Origin: Thermoanaerobaculia bacterium
Lineage (GTDB): Bacteria > Acidobacteriota > Thermoanaerobaculia > Multivoradales > SZUA-115
Assembly (NCBI GenBank): GCA_044869955.1
Contig: JBIOYC010000060.1
Location: 6,850 to 70,849 of the forward strand
Length of the DNA: 64,000 nucleotides
Direction of reading: 5' to 3'
Shown here: positions 26,327 to 36,087 of the stretch, in pieces
Layout of the letters: every line of letters starts with the position of its first letter
Position numbering within the stretch: the first letter of the stretch is position 1
Notes under the pieces: model-generated
Seen by the model: only the letters and a program-made list of their open reading frames with translations
The model's database searches: none
Told to the model about the DNA's origin: nothing
Translations under genes and position numbers: made by a program

Positions 26327-27979
26327 ATGTCCTACCAGGTTCTCGCTCGCAAGTGGCGTCCGCAGGATTTCTCCGCCCTCGTCGGGCAGGAGGCGATCGT
26401 CACGGCGCTGCGCAACGGCCTGGCCGACGGCCGCATCGCCCAGGCCTACCTCTTCTCCGGCATCCGCGGCGTCGGTAAGACCACCACCGCACGCCTGCTC
26501 GCCAAGGCCCTCAACTGCGAGAAAGGGGCCCTCGGCGACCCCTGCAACGAATGCGTGATCTGCCAGGAGATCACCCGCGGTGGCGACCTCGACGTGCTCG
26601 AGATCGACGCCGCCACCTACTCGAAGGTGGAGCAGGTCCGCGATCTGACCGAGAGCCTGCGCTATGCCCCGGTGCGCGACCGCTACAAGGTGGTGGTGAT
26701 CGACGAGGTCCACCGCCTCTCGCGCCAGGCCTTCGACGCCCTGCTCAAGATCGTCGAGGAGCCGCCGCCGCACCTGGTGTTCGTCTTCGCCACCACCGAG
26801 ATCGAGGCCGTTCCGGCAACCATCCTGTCTCGCTGCCAGGAGTACCGCTTCCGCCGGGTCAGCCTCGGTGAGATGACCGCCTACCTGCGCCGCGTCGCGG
26901 AAGCCGAGTCGATCAGGGTCTCCGACGCCGCCCTGCGGCTCCTCGCTCGGGCCGGGGAAGGCAGCGTGCGCGATTCGGTGGCCCTCCTCGACCAACTCGC
27001 CACCTTCGGCGCCGGGACCATCCGCGACGAGGACGCCGCCCGGCTCTCCGGCAGCCTGGACAGCGGCTTCTTCCTCGGTCTGCTGGCGGCGATCCTCGCC
27101 GGCGACCCGCCCGCTGTGGTCCAGGCCACCCGCCGGCTCGACGAGGAGGGCTGGGACCCGCGGCACGTCTTCGCCCAGTTCCTCGGCCTCTGCCGGGACG
27201 CCCTCCACCTCGCCGTCGGGGGGCGAGCGGAGGGCCTCGACCTGCCGGCCGACGACGCCGCGGCCCTCGCCGCCGTCGCCGGGGAGGCCGGCTACGAGAA
27301 CCTGCTGCGGCTGCTGCATCTGCTGCTCAAGAGCGAGGACACCGTCCGGCGCAGCGACGCCGCCCTGCTGGCCGCGGAGATCGCCTGGCTGCGAGCCGCC
27401 GAGCTGCCCAAGCTGGTGCGGGTCGAGGACCTGCTCGCGGGGGTTGACCTCGCTCCGGCGGCCCGGCCGGCCGCTACCCCGCCTCGTCCCGTGCCCGCCC
27501 CCACTCCCCGAGCCGCCCCTTCTGCGACGGCCCCGACACCCGCCCCGCCGGAGCCCCCCCGACGGGCCGAGCCCGCGGCCCCGGCCGGCACGGCGAGCGT
27601 GGAGCGGCTCCTCGAAGAGGTCAGCCGGCGGCGCCAAGCCCTGGCGGCTCATCTCGCCAGCGCCTCCCGTCTCGAGATCGACAATGGGGAGCTGCTCATA
27701 TACTTGCCGCCGGCCGGCAGCGAGATGCTCGCGCGGGCCCTCGAGCGGGAGGCCAATCGACAGGTGCTGGATGGGGCCCTCGCCGAGGTCGCCGGTCCGG
27801 GGTTGCGCTGGCGCACGGTCGCCGCGGCCGCCACCTCGACGGCGCCGGCGGCCCGGACCGCTGCTCCACCGGCGGCCGAGCGAGCCGCGACCGAGCACCC
27901 GACCGTCCAGGCGGTGCTCGACATCTTCGGGGGCACGGTCGCCACGGTGGAGCCGAACCGCCGGGAGGAGGAAGAGTAG
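26327..27979 (+). CDS. dnaX: DNA polymerase III subunits gamma/tau
   Basis: GQEAIVTALRNGLADGRIAQAYLFSGIRGVGKTTTARLLAKALNCE and the DEVHRL box, with a Pro-rich tau linker. Confidence 0.9.
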   Translation: MSYQVLARKWRPQDFSALVGQEAIVTALRNGLADGRIAQAYLFSGIRGVGKTTTARLLAKALNCEKGALGDPCNECVICQEITRGGDLDVLEIDAATYSKVEQVRDLTESLRYAPVRDRYKVVVIDEVHRLSRQAFDALLKIVEEPPPHLVFVFATTEIEAVPATILSRCQEYRFRRVSLGEMTAYLRRVAEAESIRVSDAALRLLARAGEGSVRDSVALLDQLATFGAGTIRDEDAARLSGSLDSGFFLGLLAAILAGDPPAVVQATRRLDEEGWDPRHVFAQFLGLCRDALHLAVGGRAEGLDLPADDAAALAAVAGEAGYENLLRLLHLLLKSEDTVRRSDAALLAAEIAWLRAAELPKLVRVEDLLAGVDLAPAARPAATPPRPVPAPTPRAAPSATAPTPAPPEPPRRAEPAAPAGTASVERLLEEVSRRRQALAAHLASASRLEIDNGELLIYLPPAGSEMLARALEREANRQVLDGALAEVAGPGLRWRTVAAAATSTAPAARTAAPPAAERAATEHPTVQAVLDIFGGTVATVEPNRREEEE

Positions 27980-28276
27980 ATGAGCTCGATCCGAAACCTG
28001 ATGAAGCAAGCCCAGCAGATGCAGGAGAAGCTCCAGAAGGAGCTCGCCGAGCTGGTGGTCGAGGCCACCGTCGGCGGCGGCATGGTGACCGTGCGCATGA
28101 GCGGCCACAAGCAGTTGGTGTCGGTGAAGATCGACAAGGAGGTCATGGACCCGGACGACCCCTCCATGCTCGAGGACCTCATCGTCGCTGCTGTCAACGA
28201 GGCCCACCGCAAGGTCGACGAGACCATGCAGGGCCGCCTCGGCATGCTCGCCTCGGGGCTCCCCCTCTCGCTCTGA
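27980..28276 (+). CDS. ybaB: nucleoid-associated protein YbaB/EbfC
   Basis: 98 aa starting MSSIRNLMKQAQQMQEKLQKELAEL. Confidence 0.85.
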   Translation: MSSIRNLMKQAQQMQEKLQKELAELVVEATVGGGMVTVRMSGHKQLVSVKIDKEVMDPDDPSMLEDLIVAAVNEAHRKVDETMQGRLGMLASGLPLSL

Positions 28277-28289
28277 TCCCTTCCCGCCC

Positions 28290-28874
28290 ATGTCGGATCC
28301 CCTGGCCCGGCTGATCGGAGAGCTCTCCCGGCTGCCGGGCATCGGCGCCAAGACCGCCACCCGACTCGCCCACCACGTGCTCAAAGTGCCGGAGACCGAG
28401 GCCCGCGCCCTGGCGAGCGCCATCATCGAGGTGAAGGAGCGCCTCTTCCACTGCTCCGCCTGCAACGCCATCACGGCCATCGAGCCCTGCCGCTTCTGCG
28501 CCGACCCTTCGCGCCGGCGAGACCAGATCTGCGTGGTCGAAGAGCCGTTCAACATCCTGCCGATCGAGCGCACCGGCGAGTTCCACGGTCTCTACCACGT
28601 GCTGCTGGGAGCCCTCTCCCCCCAACGCGGCATCGGACCCGAGCGCCTGGCGATCGCCGGCCTGCTCCCACGCCTCGGCGGTGTCGAAGAAGTGGTGCTC
28701 GCCACCAACCCCAGCGTCGAGGGGGAAGCCACGGCCCTCTTCCTGGCGCGACTGCTGCACGATCGAGGGGTCAAGGTCACCCGCCTCGCCTTCGGCATGC
28801 CGGTCGGCGGCGACATCGAGTACACCGACGAGGTCACCCTCGCCCGCTCCCTCGCCGGCCGCCGGGAGATCTGA
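28290..28874 (+). CDS. recR: recombination protein RecR
   Basis: LPGIGAKTA (HhH), a C4 zinc finger (CSACNAI...CRFC) and a Toprim domain. Confidence 0.9.
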   Translation: MSDPLARLIGELSRLPGIGAKTATRLAHHVLKVPETEARALASAIIEVKERLFHCSACNAITAIEPCRFCADPSRRRDQICVVEEPFNILPIERTGEFHGLYHVLLGALSPQRGIGPERLAIAGLLPRLGGVEEVVLATNPSVEGEATALFLARLLHDRGVKVTRLAFGMPVGGDIEYTDEVTLARSLAGRREI

Positions 28875-30205
28875 TGCCCCGCGCGGGTGCCACCCGCCGC
28901 CGCGCCGGCCTGGGCCGTGGCGACCTCCTGCCCGAGATCCTCACCCCGCCGCCGGGGCCACGCTCCCGGGCCTGCTCTCTACGCCTGGCCGCTGCCGAGG
29001 CTCCGGGGGTCAACACACTCTTCGGCGGCGAGCCGGCTCTGGTGTGGGAGCAAGCTCGCGGTGCCAACGTGGTCGACGTCGACGGCAACCGCTACCTCGA
29101 CCTAACCTCGGGCTTCGGCGCCGCCGCGGTCGGCCACCGCCACCCGCGGGTGGTCGCTGCCGTCCGCCGACAATCCCGGCTGCTCCTCCACGGCCTCGGC
29201 GACGTAGCTGCGCACCCCTGCCGGGTCGAGCTGGCAGAACGGCTCGCCGCTCTCGCCCCGGTGGACGACGCCCGGGTCTACTTCGCCACCTCCGGGGCCG
29301 AGGCGGTCGAGATCGCTCTCAAGACTGCCCTCCTCGCCACCTGCCGGCCGGAGCTCCTCGCCTTCGACCCCGCCTACCACGGCCTGACCTTCGGCGCCCT
29401 CGCCGTGACCTCGAGGCCGGCGTTCCGCGAGCCGTTCCGGGAGCGGCTGGGCCGAGTGCACCGGCCGCCCTTCGGGGCTCCCCTCACGGAGATCGAGCCC
29501 CTGCTCGCCACTCGCCGTGTGGCGGCGGCGATCGTCGAGCCGGTGGTCGGACGTGAAGGGGTCTTGCTGCCGCCCCCGGGATGGCTCGCGGGCCTCGCCG
29601 CCCTCTGCCGCCGGCACGGCACACTCTTCGTGGCCGACGAGATCTGGACCGGCTTCGGTCGCACGGGCGCGTGGTTCGCCTCGGTCGAGGAGGGTGTGCG
29701 CCCGGACCTGCTCTGCTGCGGCAAGGCGCTCGGGGGGGGACTGCCGATCGCCGCGGCCCTGGGGGAGGCCCGATGGATGGCGGCCTGGGAGGGGCCCGGG
29801 GAGGCGCGTCACACCTCGACTTTCCTCGGCCATCCCCTGGCCTGTGCCGCCGCCCTCGCCGCCCTCGAGGTGCTCGCGCGGGAAGACCTGCCCGGCAGGG
29901 CGGCCCGTCTGGGGCGGCTGCTCGCTCGGCGGTTCTCGGGCTGGTCGGGCCGCATCCCCGGCCTCCTCGAAGTGCGAGGCCGGGGCCTGTTCTGGGGGCT
30001 GGCTCTCGCGACGGCCCATCAGGCTGCCCAATTGGTGAGCTTCGCCCGCGGCCGAGGCGTCTTGCTGCTCACGGGCGGACCGGATGGTAAGGTCGTGGAG
30101 ATCGCGCCGCCCCTTTCGATCCGCTCGCGCCAGCTCGACTTTGCGCTCGGCGTCCTGGAGGAAGGTCTGCGGCGGCCGCTCCCGAGGATGAGGACGCCTG
30201 GATGA
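28874..30205 (+). CDS. class III (omega-type) aminotransferase family protein
   Basis: ATSGAEAVEIALK, DEIWTGFGRTG and CCGKALGGGLP (PLP-lysine). Confidence 0.6.
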   Translation: MPRAGATRRRAGLGRGDLLPEILTPPPGPRSRACSLRLAAAEAPGVNTLFGGEPALVWEQARGANVVDVDGNRYLDLTSGFGAAAVGHRHPRVVAAVRRQSRLLLHGLGDVAAHPCRVELAERLAALAPVDDARVYFATSGAEAVEIALKTALLATCRPELLAFDPAYHGLTFGALAVTSRPAFREPFRERLGRVHRPPFGAPLTEIEPLLATRRVAAAIVEPVVGREGVLLPPPGWLAGLAALCRRHGTLFVADEIWTGFGRTGAWFASVEEGVRPDLLCCGKALGGGLPIAAALGEARWMAAWEGPGEARHTSTFLGHPLACAAALAALEVLAREDLPGRAARLGRLLARRFSGWSGRIPGLLEVRGRGLFWGLALATAHQAAQLVSFARGRGVLLLTGGPDGKVVEIAPPLSIRSRQLDFALGVLEEGLRRPLPRMRTPG

Positions 30206-31098
30206 CCCCGACGCTCGGCATCGTGCTGGTGCATTTCGGACCGACCGAGCCGACCCGCCGAGCTCTGGCGGCGATCGCCGCCGACCCCTCGCGCGCCGGG
30301 CGCAGGGTGGTGCTCGTCGACAACTCCGACAGCTTCGCCGGCGACGCCGCGGTCGCGGGTCTGACCCTCCTCGCCGCACCCGACAACCCGGGATTCGGCA
30401 GCGGCGCCAACCGTGGCGCCGTCGCTCTCGAGGCCGGCGGGCCGGTCTGCGGCTATCTGTTCCTGAACGGCGACGTCGAGATCGTCCCGGGCTTCCTGGA
30501 CGCCGCGGCCGCCGCCCTCGCCGCCGGGGCCGGTGCGGTGGGCGGTCCTCTCTACCTCGACGACGCTCGCACCCGGGTCTGGTATGCCGGTGGCCGCGTG
30601 GTCGCCTGGCGAGGCACCGTGCTCCAGGAGCGGGCCACCGACTCCGCGGCCAGGCGCCGCCTTGTGGGCTTCATCCCCGGTGCGGCGATGGTGGTCGGCA
30701 CCGCCGCCTTCGAGGCCGTCGGCGGCTTCGACGAGCGCTTCTTCCTCTACAACGAGGACGTCGACCTTTGCCTGCGCCTTTCCCGGGCGGGCTTCTCGTT
30801 GCTCTTCGAGCCCGAGATGGCGGCCATCCACCGAGTCGGCGGCGCCACCGGCTCGGCCGAGCGTTCCCCGCTCTACCTCGAGCACCTCACACGCACCCGC
30901 CTGCTGCCCTTTCCGTCGCGACTCCACCGGCTCTGGCTCGCCCTCCTCCACACCGGTTGGCTGGGGGTTCGCAGCCTGGCCCTGCTCGCCCAGCGGGGTG
31001 GCCGGGCTCGCGCCCAGGTCGCCGCCTTGCTGCGGGGCCACCGCGACGCCCTGGCCAGCGCCTGGTCGGGCCGGCTCTCTCGCCGGCGTTCGCACTAG
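30202..31098 (+). CDS. family 2 glycosyltransferase
   Basis: An N-terminal LVHFG...VLVDNSD (DxD region) and YNEDVDLCLR. The ATGA overlap with the upstream gene suggests coupling. Confidence 0.6.
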   Translation: MTPTLGIVLVHFGPTEPTRRALAAIAADPSRAGRRVVLVDNSDSFAGDAAVAGLTLLAAPDNPGFGSGANRGAVALEAGGPVCGYLFLNGDVEIVPGFLDAAAAALAAGAGAVGGPLYLDDARTRVWYAGGRVVAWRGTVLQERATDSAARRRLVGFIPGAAMVVGTAAFEAVGGFDERFFLYNEDVDLCLRLSRAGFSLLFEPEMAAIHRVGGATGSAERSPLYLEHLTRTRLLPFPSRLHRLWLALLHTGWLGVRSLALLAQRGGRARAQVAALLRGHRDALASAWSGRLSRRRSH

Positions 31099-31121
31099 CG
31101 TCACCCTGCTAGCATCGCGGC

Positions 31122-31688
31122 GTGTCGGAGCCCGCGTTCAAGATCGCCTTCATCGGCAGCCACGGCGTCGGCAAGACGACTCTCTGCTATGGGCTCGCGG
31201 CCCGCCTTAAGGCCCGGGACTTCTCCTGTGACGTGGTCCATGAGGTGGCCCGGCGCTGCCCCCTGCCCATCAATCAGGACACCACGGTCGCGGCCCAGGC
31301 CTGGATCCTCCACACCCAGATCGCCGAAGAGCTGGTCGCTGCCTCCCGCTACCCGGTGGTCCTGTGCGATCGCAGCGCGCTCGACAACTACGTCTACCTC
31401 CTCCTCGCCAGCCACCCGCCCAGCATGCTCGAGGAGCTGGTTTCGAGCTGGATGACGACCTACTCCCTTCTCGTCGAAGTGCCGATCCTCGCTTCCCCTT
31501 CACCCGATGGGGTGCGCGCCGCGGATCCTGCCTTCCAGCTCGCGGTCCAGCTGCGGCTTCGCAACGAGATCGATCGCCGCGGCCTTGCCACCCTGCGCCT
31601 CGATCCTGCCGAGCGCCCGTCCTGGCTCGACACCGTCGAGAGGGCTGCGCTCGACCGCCTGGCCCCGGGCCAGCTCTCGCTGCTCTGA
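31122..31688 (+). CDS. P-loop NTPase/AAA-type ATPase (hypothetical)
   Basis: Walker A IAFIGSHGVGKTTL and a Walker B-like VVLCDRS. Confidence 0.5.
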   Translation: MSEPAFKIAFIGSHGVGKTTLCYGLAARLKARDFSCDVVHEVARRCPLPINQDTTVAAQAWILHTQIAEELVAASRYPVVLCDRSALDNYVYLLLASHPPSMLEELVSSWMTTYSLLVEVPILASPSPDGVRAADPAFQLAVQLRLRNEIDRRGLATLRLDPAERPSWLDTVERAALDRLAPGQLSLL

Positions 31689-31756
31689 CCAACCGGCCCC
31701 TCGCCCGACCGCTCCGCTCTAGGCATTCCACGCTAGAATTCCCGGCCGACGTCACC

Positions 31757-32758
31757 ATGAGCTCCCCCGCAGAGGATGTCTTCCGGCGCTCCCAGGTCTT
31801 CGCCCACCTGTCGGCGACGGACTTGGCCGTGCTCGGCCGGTGCTCGGCCCTGCGCAGCCTCCCTGCCGGCTCGGTGGTGGTGCGCCGCAACGACACCTCG
31901 CGTGATGCCTTCCTGATCACCAAGGGCCGGGTCCGCATCGAGCGAGACACACCCTACGGCCCCTACCGCTTCGCGGTGCTGACCGAGGGCGACCTCTTCG
32001 GTGAGGCCAGCTTCATCGACCTGCTCGGGCGCTCCGGAGATGCCACCACGGAGACCGATGCCACCCTCCTCGTGCTCGACCATGCCGCCCTCGAAGAGGC
32101 CACGCGCCAGGACACCCGCTTCACCGTCGCCTTGCTCTGGGCTTTTTGGAAGAGTCTCTCGGGAAAGCTGCGTCGGGCCAACGAGCACCTCCTGCAGTTC
32201 TTCTCGGAGGGTGGCGGTCCGCCGCTCGCCGATGGTCCCATCGATCAGCGCGCCACCGGGCAGTTCCAGATCGGCCTCGACGCCAAGCGCAAGCTCTTCG
32301 AGGAGCAGACTCTCTCGGCCCTGGAGATCAACTTCCTCTCCTCCCTGTCGAAGGCCAAGCAGCTCGAGGAAGGAGAGCTGCTCTTCCGCGAGGGAGAGCC
32401 GGGGGACCGCATGTACGTGGTGCTCGAGGGCCAGGTCCGGATCAGCAAGACGATCCCGGGCGTGGGTGAGGAGGCGCTGGCCTTCCTCGAGCGCGGCGAC
32501 TACTTCGGCGAGATGGCCCTGATCGACAACGCTCCTCGCTCGGCGGACGCCCGGGCCCACACCGGGGGCGCGGTGGTGCTCGCCATCCCGCGAGAAGTGG
32601 TCGAGGGCGTCCTGGACATCCGCAAGGTGACTTCGCTGCGCCTGCTCAAGCTGCTGTGCTCGCTGGTGGCCAAACGTCTGCGGGAGCTCGACGAGAAGAT
32701 CATCGGCTGGTACCTGCTCTCGGGCGGCGGCCAGGAACCGCTCGCGGCGCCGCCCTAG
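31757..32758 (+). CDS. tandem cyclic nucleotide-binding (CAP effector) domain protein
   Basis: Two cNMP-binding domains (GDLFGEASFID... and GDYFGEMALIDNAPRSADARA) and no DNA-binding domain. Confidence 0.6.
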   Translation: MSSPAEDVFRRSQVFAHLSATDLAVLGRCSALRSLPAGSVVVRRNDTSRDAFLITKGRVRIERDTPYGPYRFAVLTEGDLFGEASFIDLLGRSGDATTETDATLLVLDHAALEEATRQDTRFTVALLWAFWKSLSGKLRRANEHLLQFFSEGGGPPLADGPIDQRATGQFQIGLDAKRKLFEEQTLSALEINFLSSLSKAKQLEEGELLFREGEPGDRMYVVLEGQVRISKTIPGVGEEALAFLERGDYFGEMALIDNAPRSADARAHTGGAVVLAIPREVVEGVLDIRKVTSLRLLKLLCSLVAKRLRELDEKIIGWYLLSGGGQEPLAAPP

Positions 32759-33800
32759 CCTCGGCGCGGCGCAGGGCCTTGCCGAGCAGCGCCGACTGCG
32801 GCAGGCGAGAGGTCTCCTCGCGGGAGAACCAACCCGCCTCGACTCCCTGGCTCACCACGCCATCGCCTTCGACCTGCGCGCGATGAATCGTCGCCGTGAT
32901 CGCCCGGAAGGTGATGCCGTGCCGCACCGAGCCGAGCTCCTCGAGGAGGCTCCAGCACCCCCCGTAGGCGCCGCCGAGAGCTGCTGCCGCCGCGGATGGA
33001 TCGTCTGATTCCCCGCCGGTCTCCACCCAAGGCAGCTCCCAAGTACCGGCCAGCAGCTCGCTGGCGTCGTCCCGTCGGACCAGCAGCAGGCGCCCCCCGT
33101 CCTCCACCAAGGCCAGCAGCCACCGCTGGCTGACCTTGGGCGGCTTCGGGCGGGGAGCCGGGAACGCCTCCGGCTCGCCGGAGGCACGGCCCCGACAGCT
33201 CTCGCTCAGGGGACAGAGCAGGCAGCGTGGTCGCTGAGGGACACAGACCAGGGCTCCCAGCTCCATCAGGGCCTGGTTCGAATCACCAGGGCGGCCGGCA
33301 TCGAGCAGGCCGGCCGCCGCCTCCAGGAGCCCGCGCCTCACCGAGCGTTGGCGCTGGTCTTCGCCGACGGCCAGCCAGCGGCTGAGCACACGCACGACGT
33401 TGCCGTCGAGGACTGGCTCCACGACGCCAAAGGCGATACTCGCGACGGCTGCTGCGGTGTACTCCCCGATCCCGGGCAGGGTCCGGAGGCCGGCCGGGGT
33501 GCGGGGAAACCCGCCCTGCTCCGCTACCTGCCTGGCAGCGGCATGGAGCTGGCGCGCTCGCCGGTAATAGCCGAGGCCGGCCCACGAAGCGAGTACCTCG
33601 GGCAGCTCTGCGCCGGCCAGCGCCTCGACCGTGGGGTAGCGGGAAAGAAAGCGTTCGAAGTAGGGGATGACCGTCTCGACCCGCGTCTGCTGGAGCATGA
33701 TCTCCGACAGCCAGACACGGTAAGGGTCCTGATCACGGCGCCAGGGAAGGTCGCGCCGGTGGCGATCGAACCACGCCAGAAGGGCTGCCCCGGCGGACAT
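32700..33800 (-). CDS. mutY: A/G-specific adenine DNA glycosylase MutY
   Basis: Internal ATG MSAGAALLAWFDRHRRDLPWRRDQDPYRVWLSEIMLQQTRV; an HhH-GPD region and the [4Fe-4S] Cys cluster (CVPQRPRCLLCPLSESC). Confidence 0.75.
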   Translation of the reverse strand: MSAGAALLAWFDRHRRDLPWRRDQDPYRVWLSEIMLQQTRVETVIPYFERFLSRYPTVEALAGAELPEVLASWAGLGYYRRARQLHAAARQVAEQGGFPRTPAGLRTLPGIGEYTAAAVASIAFGVVEPVLDGNVVRVLSRWLAVGEDQRQRSVRRGLLEAAAGLLDAGRPGDSNQALMELGALVCVPQRPRCLLCPLSESCRGRASGEPEAFPAPRPKPPKVSQRWLLALVEDGGRLLLVRRDDASELLAGTWELPWVETGGESDDPSAAAAALGGAYGGCWSLLEELGSVRHGITFRAITATIHRAQVEGDGVVSQGVEAGWFSREETSRLPQSALLGKALRRAEARAAPRAVPGRRPRAGTSR

Positions 33801-34172
33801 CGCGGCGAGTATACGGCCAATCTGGCGTTGCGCCTTTTTCTGACGGGGTGGCGACAGTTCTTGCAAGCTGGGCGGGGCTGACAGGCACGAGGGCCGGCCC
33901 CGGTGGGGCCGGCCGTTCGCTTCACTGAAATACGGGGGAGGTCCCCGCTTGGGTAGGCCGTTCTGAGGATTTACCCCTGTGGGATAGGGGATGGAGGCGG
34001 GATCGTAGAGGGGAGGCTTGCGCCTCGGTACAGGTAGGATAAGAGTCGGTGGGTGGAACCTCCCTCGTATCGGTGTTAACCGTTCGTTAACCCATCTGCG
34101 CTCCTTTATCAGCAAGCACCGTGCCAGCCCCTCCGGGAGCCTCTTCGGCTGCCTGCTAGAATCCCCTTACCT

Positions 34173-35891
34173 ATGAAACGGCTCCTCTTGGTCCTTCTCC
34201 TCGTCTTCTTCCTGGCTTCGCTCATCTTGGCCCTCGGCCTCGTCGCCGGCCTCGGCGGCGGTCCCAGCCTGTCGCATGCCTCGGTCCTGGAGTGGGAGCT
34301 AGACGGCGGGCTCTCGGAGCAGGCTGCCGACGGGCTCTTCCCCTTCCCCGGTGTCGAGTCCGAGCCGACCCTGGCGGAGATCTACTCGGCACTGCGCGCG
34401 GCGCCGCAGGATGACCACATCGAGGGCGTCGTCGTGAAGTTCGGCAGCCCGGCCTTCGGCCTCGCTCGTGCCGAGCAGGTCCGCCGGCTTCTCGGGCAGG
34501 TTCGCGATGCCGGGAAGTTCGTCGAGTGCTACCTCGAGACCGCCGGCGAGGGCAGCAACGGCACCCTCACCTACTTCGTCGCCAGCGCCTGTAGCGCCGT
34601 CCGCATGGCGCCTGCCGGAGAGTTGAACCTCCTCGGGCTCTACGCTCCCGGTCTGTTCCTGCGCGCCACTCTCGACAAGCTCAAGATCGAGCCCCTCTTC
34701 AATTCCCGGGGCACTTACAAGAGCGCCGTCGAGACATATACCCGCACCGATTACTCGGATGCCGCCGAAGAGGCCGTCCGTGCGTTGCTGGATGCCGAGT
34801 TCGAGGTCCTGATCACCGGCATCGCCGCGAGCCGGGGGCTGGAGCCCACTGCGGTGCAGCGGCTGATCGACCAGGCTCCCTTCTCCGCCCAGGACGCCCT
34901 CGCGGCGAAGCTGATCGACGGCGTCGCCTTCCCGGACGAGTTCGACGCCCATCTCGCCGAGATCCTCGGCGAGGAGCCCACCACCGTGTCGATCCGCGAT
35001 TACCTCGCCGGGCGCGCGCACCCGGGCACCGGAGACGTGGCCGTGCTGTTCGCGAGCGGCGTCATCGTGCATGGCCCGAGCGGGATGTCTGGGCTCTCGG
35101 GCGAACGGTACCTGGGCTCCGATGACTTCACCGACGAGCTGCGCAAGCTCGCGGAGGACGACGACGTCGAAGCCGTGGTGCTGAGAGTGGACAGCCCCGG
35201 CGGGTCGGCCCTCGCTTCCGACCTGATCCTGCGCGAGGTCGAGAGCCTGGCGCGGATCAAGCCGGTCGTGGCCTCGATGGGCGACGTCGCTGCCTCGGGC
35301 GGCTACTACGTGGTGGCCAAGGCTCCGACCATCGTCGCCGAGGCCTCGACCCTGACCGGCTCGATCGGGGTCTTTGGCGGCAAGCTGGTCACTCGCGAGT
35401 TCGAAGGCCAGCTCCTCGGCATCACCCGCGATCCCCAGAAGAGAGGGCTCAACGCCGACCTCTACTCCTCGCTCAACGCCTACACGCCCGACCAGGAGGC
35501 CGACATGCAGGCGGCGGTGGACCGCATCTACGCCACCTTCCTGGATCACGTCGCGACGGGACGCAAGATGGAGAAAGGTGCCGTCGACGCCGTGGCGCAG
35601 GGTCGCGTGTGGGCCGGCTCGGACGCTCGCGCCCGGGGCCTCGTCGACGAGCTCGGCGGCCTCGAGCGGGCGATCGCTCTCGCGGCGGAGAAGGCTCGGC
35701 TCGACCCGACCACGGTGACGATCTCGTTCCATCCCGAGCCGCCGGACTTCCTCGACTGGCTGCGAGCCCAGACTGGCGTCCGCACCGCTCTTCCCTGGGA
35801 AGAGCTCGCGGCTCGTCTGCTTCGTGAGTCCCGGGGTGTGCACCTGCGGCTGCCTCCGGAGTGGGCAGCCCTCGCCGCACCGTTCGAATAG
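34173..35891 (+). CDS. sppA: signal peptide peptidase SppA (67K type, duplicated ClpP-like fold)
   Basis: A signal/TM anchor, then two S49 domains; VVASMGDVAASGGYYVV (catalytic Ser). Confidence 0.8.
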   Translation: MKRLLLVLLLVFFLASLILALGLVAGLGGGPSLSHASVLEWELDGGLSEQAADGLFPFPGVESEPTLAEIYSALRAAPQDDHIEGVVVKFGSPAFGLARAEQVRRLLGQVRDAGKFVECYLETAGEGSNGTLTYFVASACSAVRMAPAGELNLLGLYAPGLFLRATLDKLKIEPLFNSRGTYKSAVETYTRTDYSDAAEEAVRALLDAEFEVLITGIAASRGLEPTAVQRLIDQAPFSAQDALAAKLIDGVAFPDEFDAHLAEILGEEPTTVSIRDYLAGRAHPGTGDVAVLFASGVIVHGPSGMSGLSGERYLGSDDFTDELRKLAEDDDVEAVVLRVDSPGGSALASDLILREVESLARIKPVVASMGDVAASGGYYVVAKAPTIVAEASTLTGSIGVFGGKLVTREFEGQLLGITRDPQKRGLNADLYSSLNAYTPDQEADMQAAVDRIYATFLDHVATGRKMEKGAVDAVAQGRVWAGSDARARGLVDELGGLERAIALAAEKARLDPTTVTISFHPEPPDFLDWLRAQTGVRTALPWEELAARLLRESRGVHLRLPPEWAALAAPFE

Positions 35892-35924
35892 CCGCAAGGC
35901 CCTGAAAGATCAATAACTTATCCG

Positions 35925-36078
35925 CAATCTTCGAAGACCTGTGCGGAAGGCTTGCGGCCGGGTCCTGGCGCTGCTATCATCCCTCCTCTCGCCGGCACCG
36001 ATTTCCCAGCCTGGCTCAGCTCCGAGGAGATAGGCGTTTTCCACAGCCTGTGGAAAAGCTGTGGATTTCTTGTCCCCA
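35925..36078. promoter_or_regulatory. DnaA-box cluster upstream of dnaA
   Basis: TTATCCGCA (35927), ttccgcaca (reverse complement, 35941) and the inverted pair TTTTCCACA-gcc-TGTGGAAAA (36027-36058), followed by TGTGGATTT (36061). Confidence 0.6.
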
Positions 36079-36087
36079 CGAAGGCCC

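Noticed and set aside
36061-36087. GTG 36061 as dnaA start
   Set aside because: It lies inside a DnaA box (tgtggattt). ATG 36088 has an AAGG upstream, and the conserved DnaA N-terminus begins after it.
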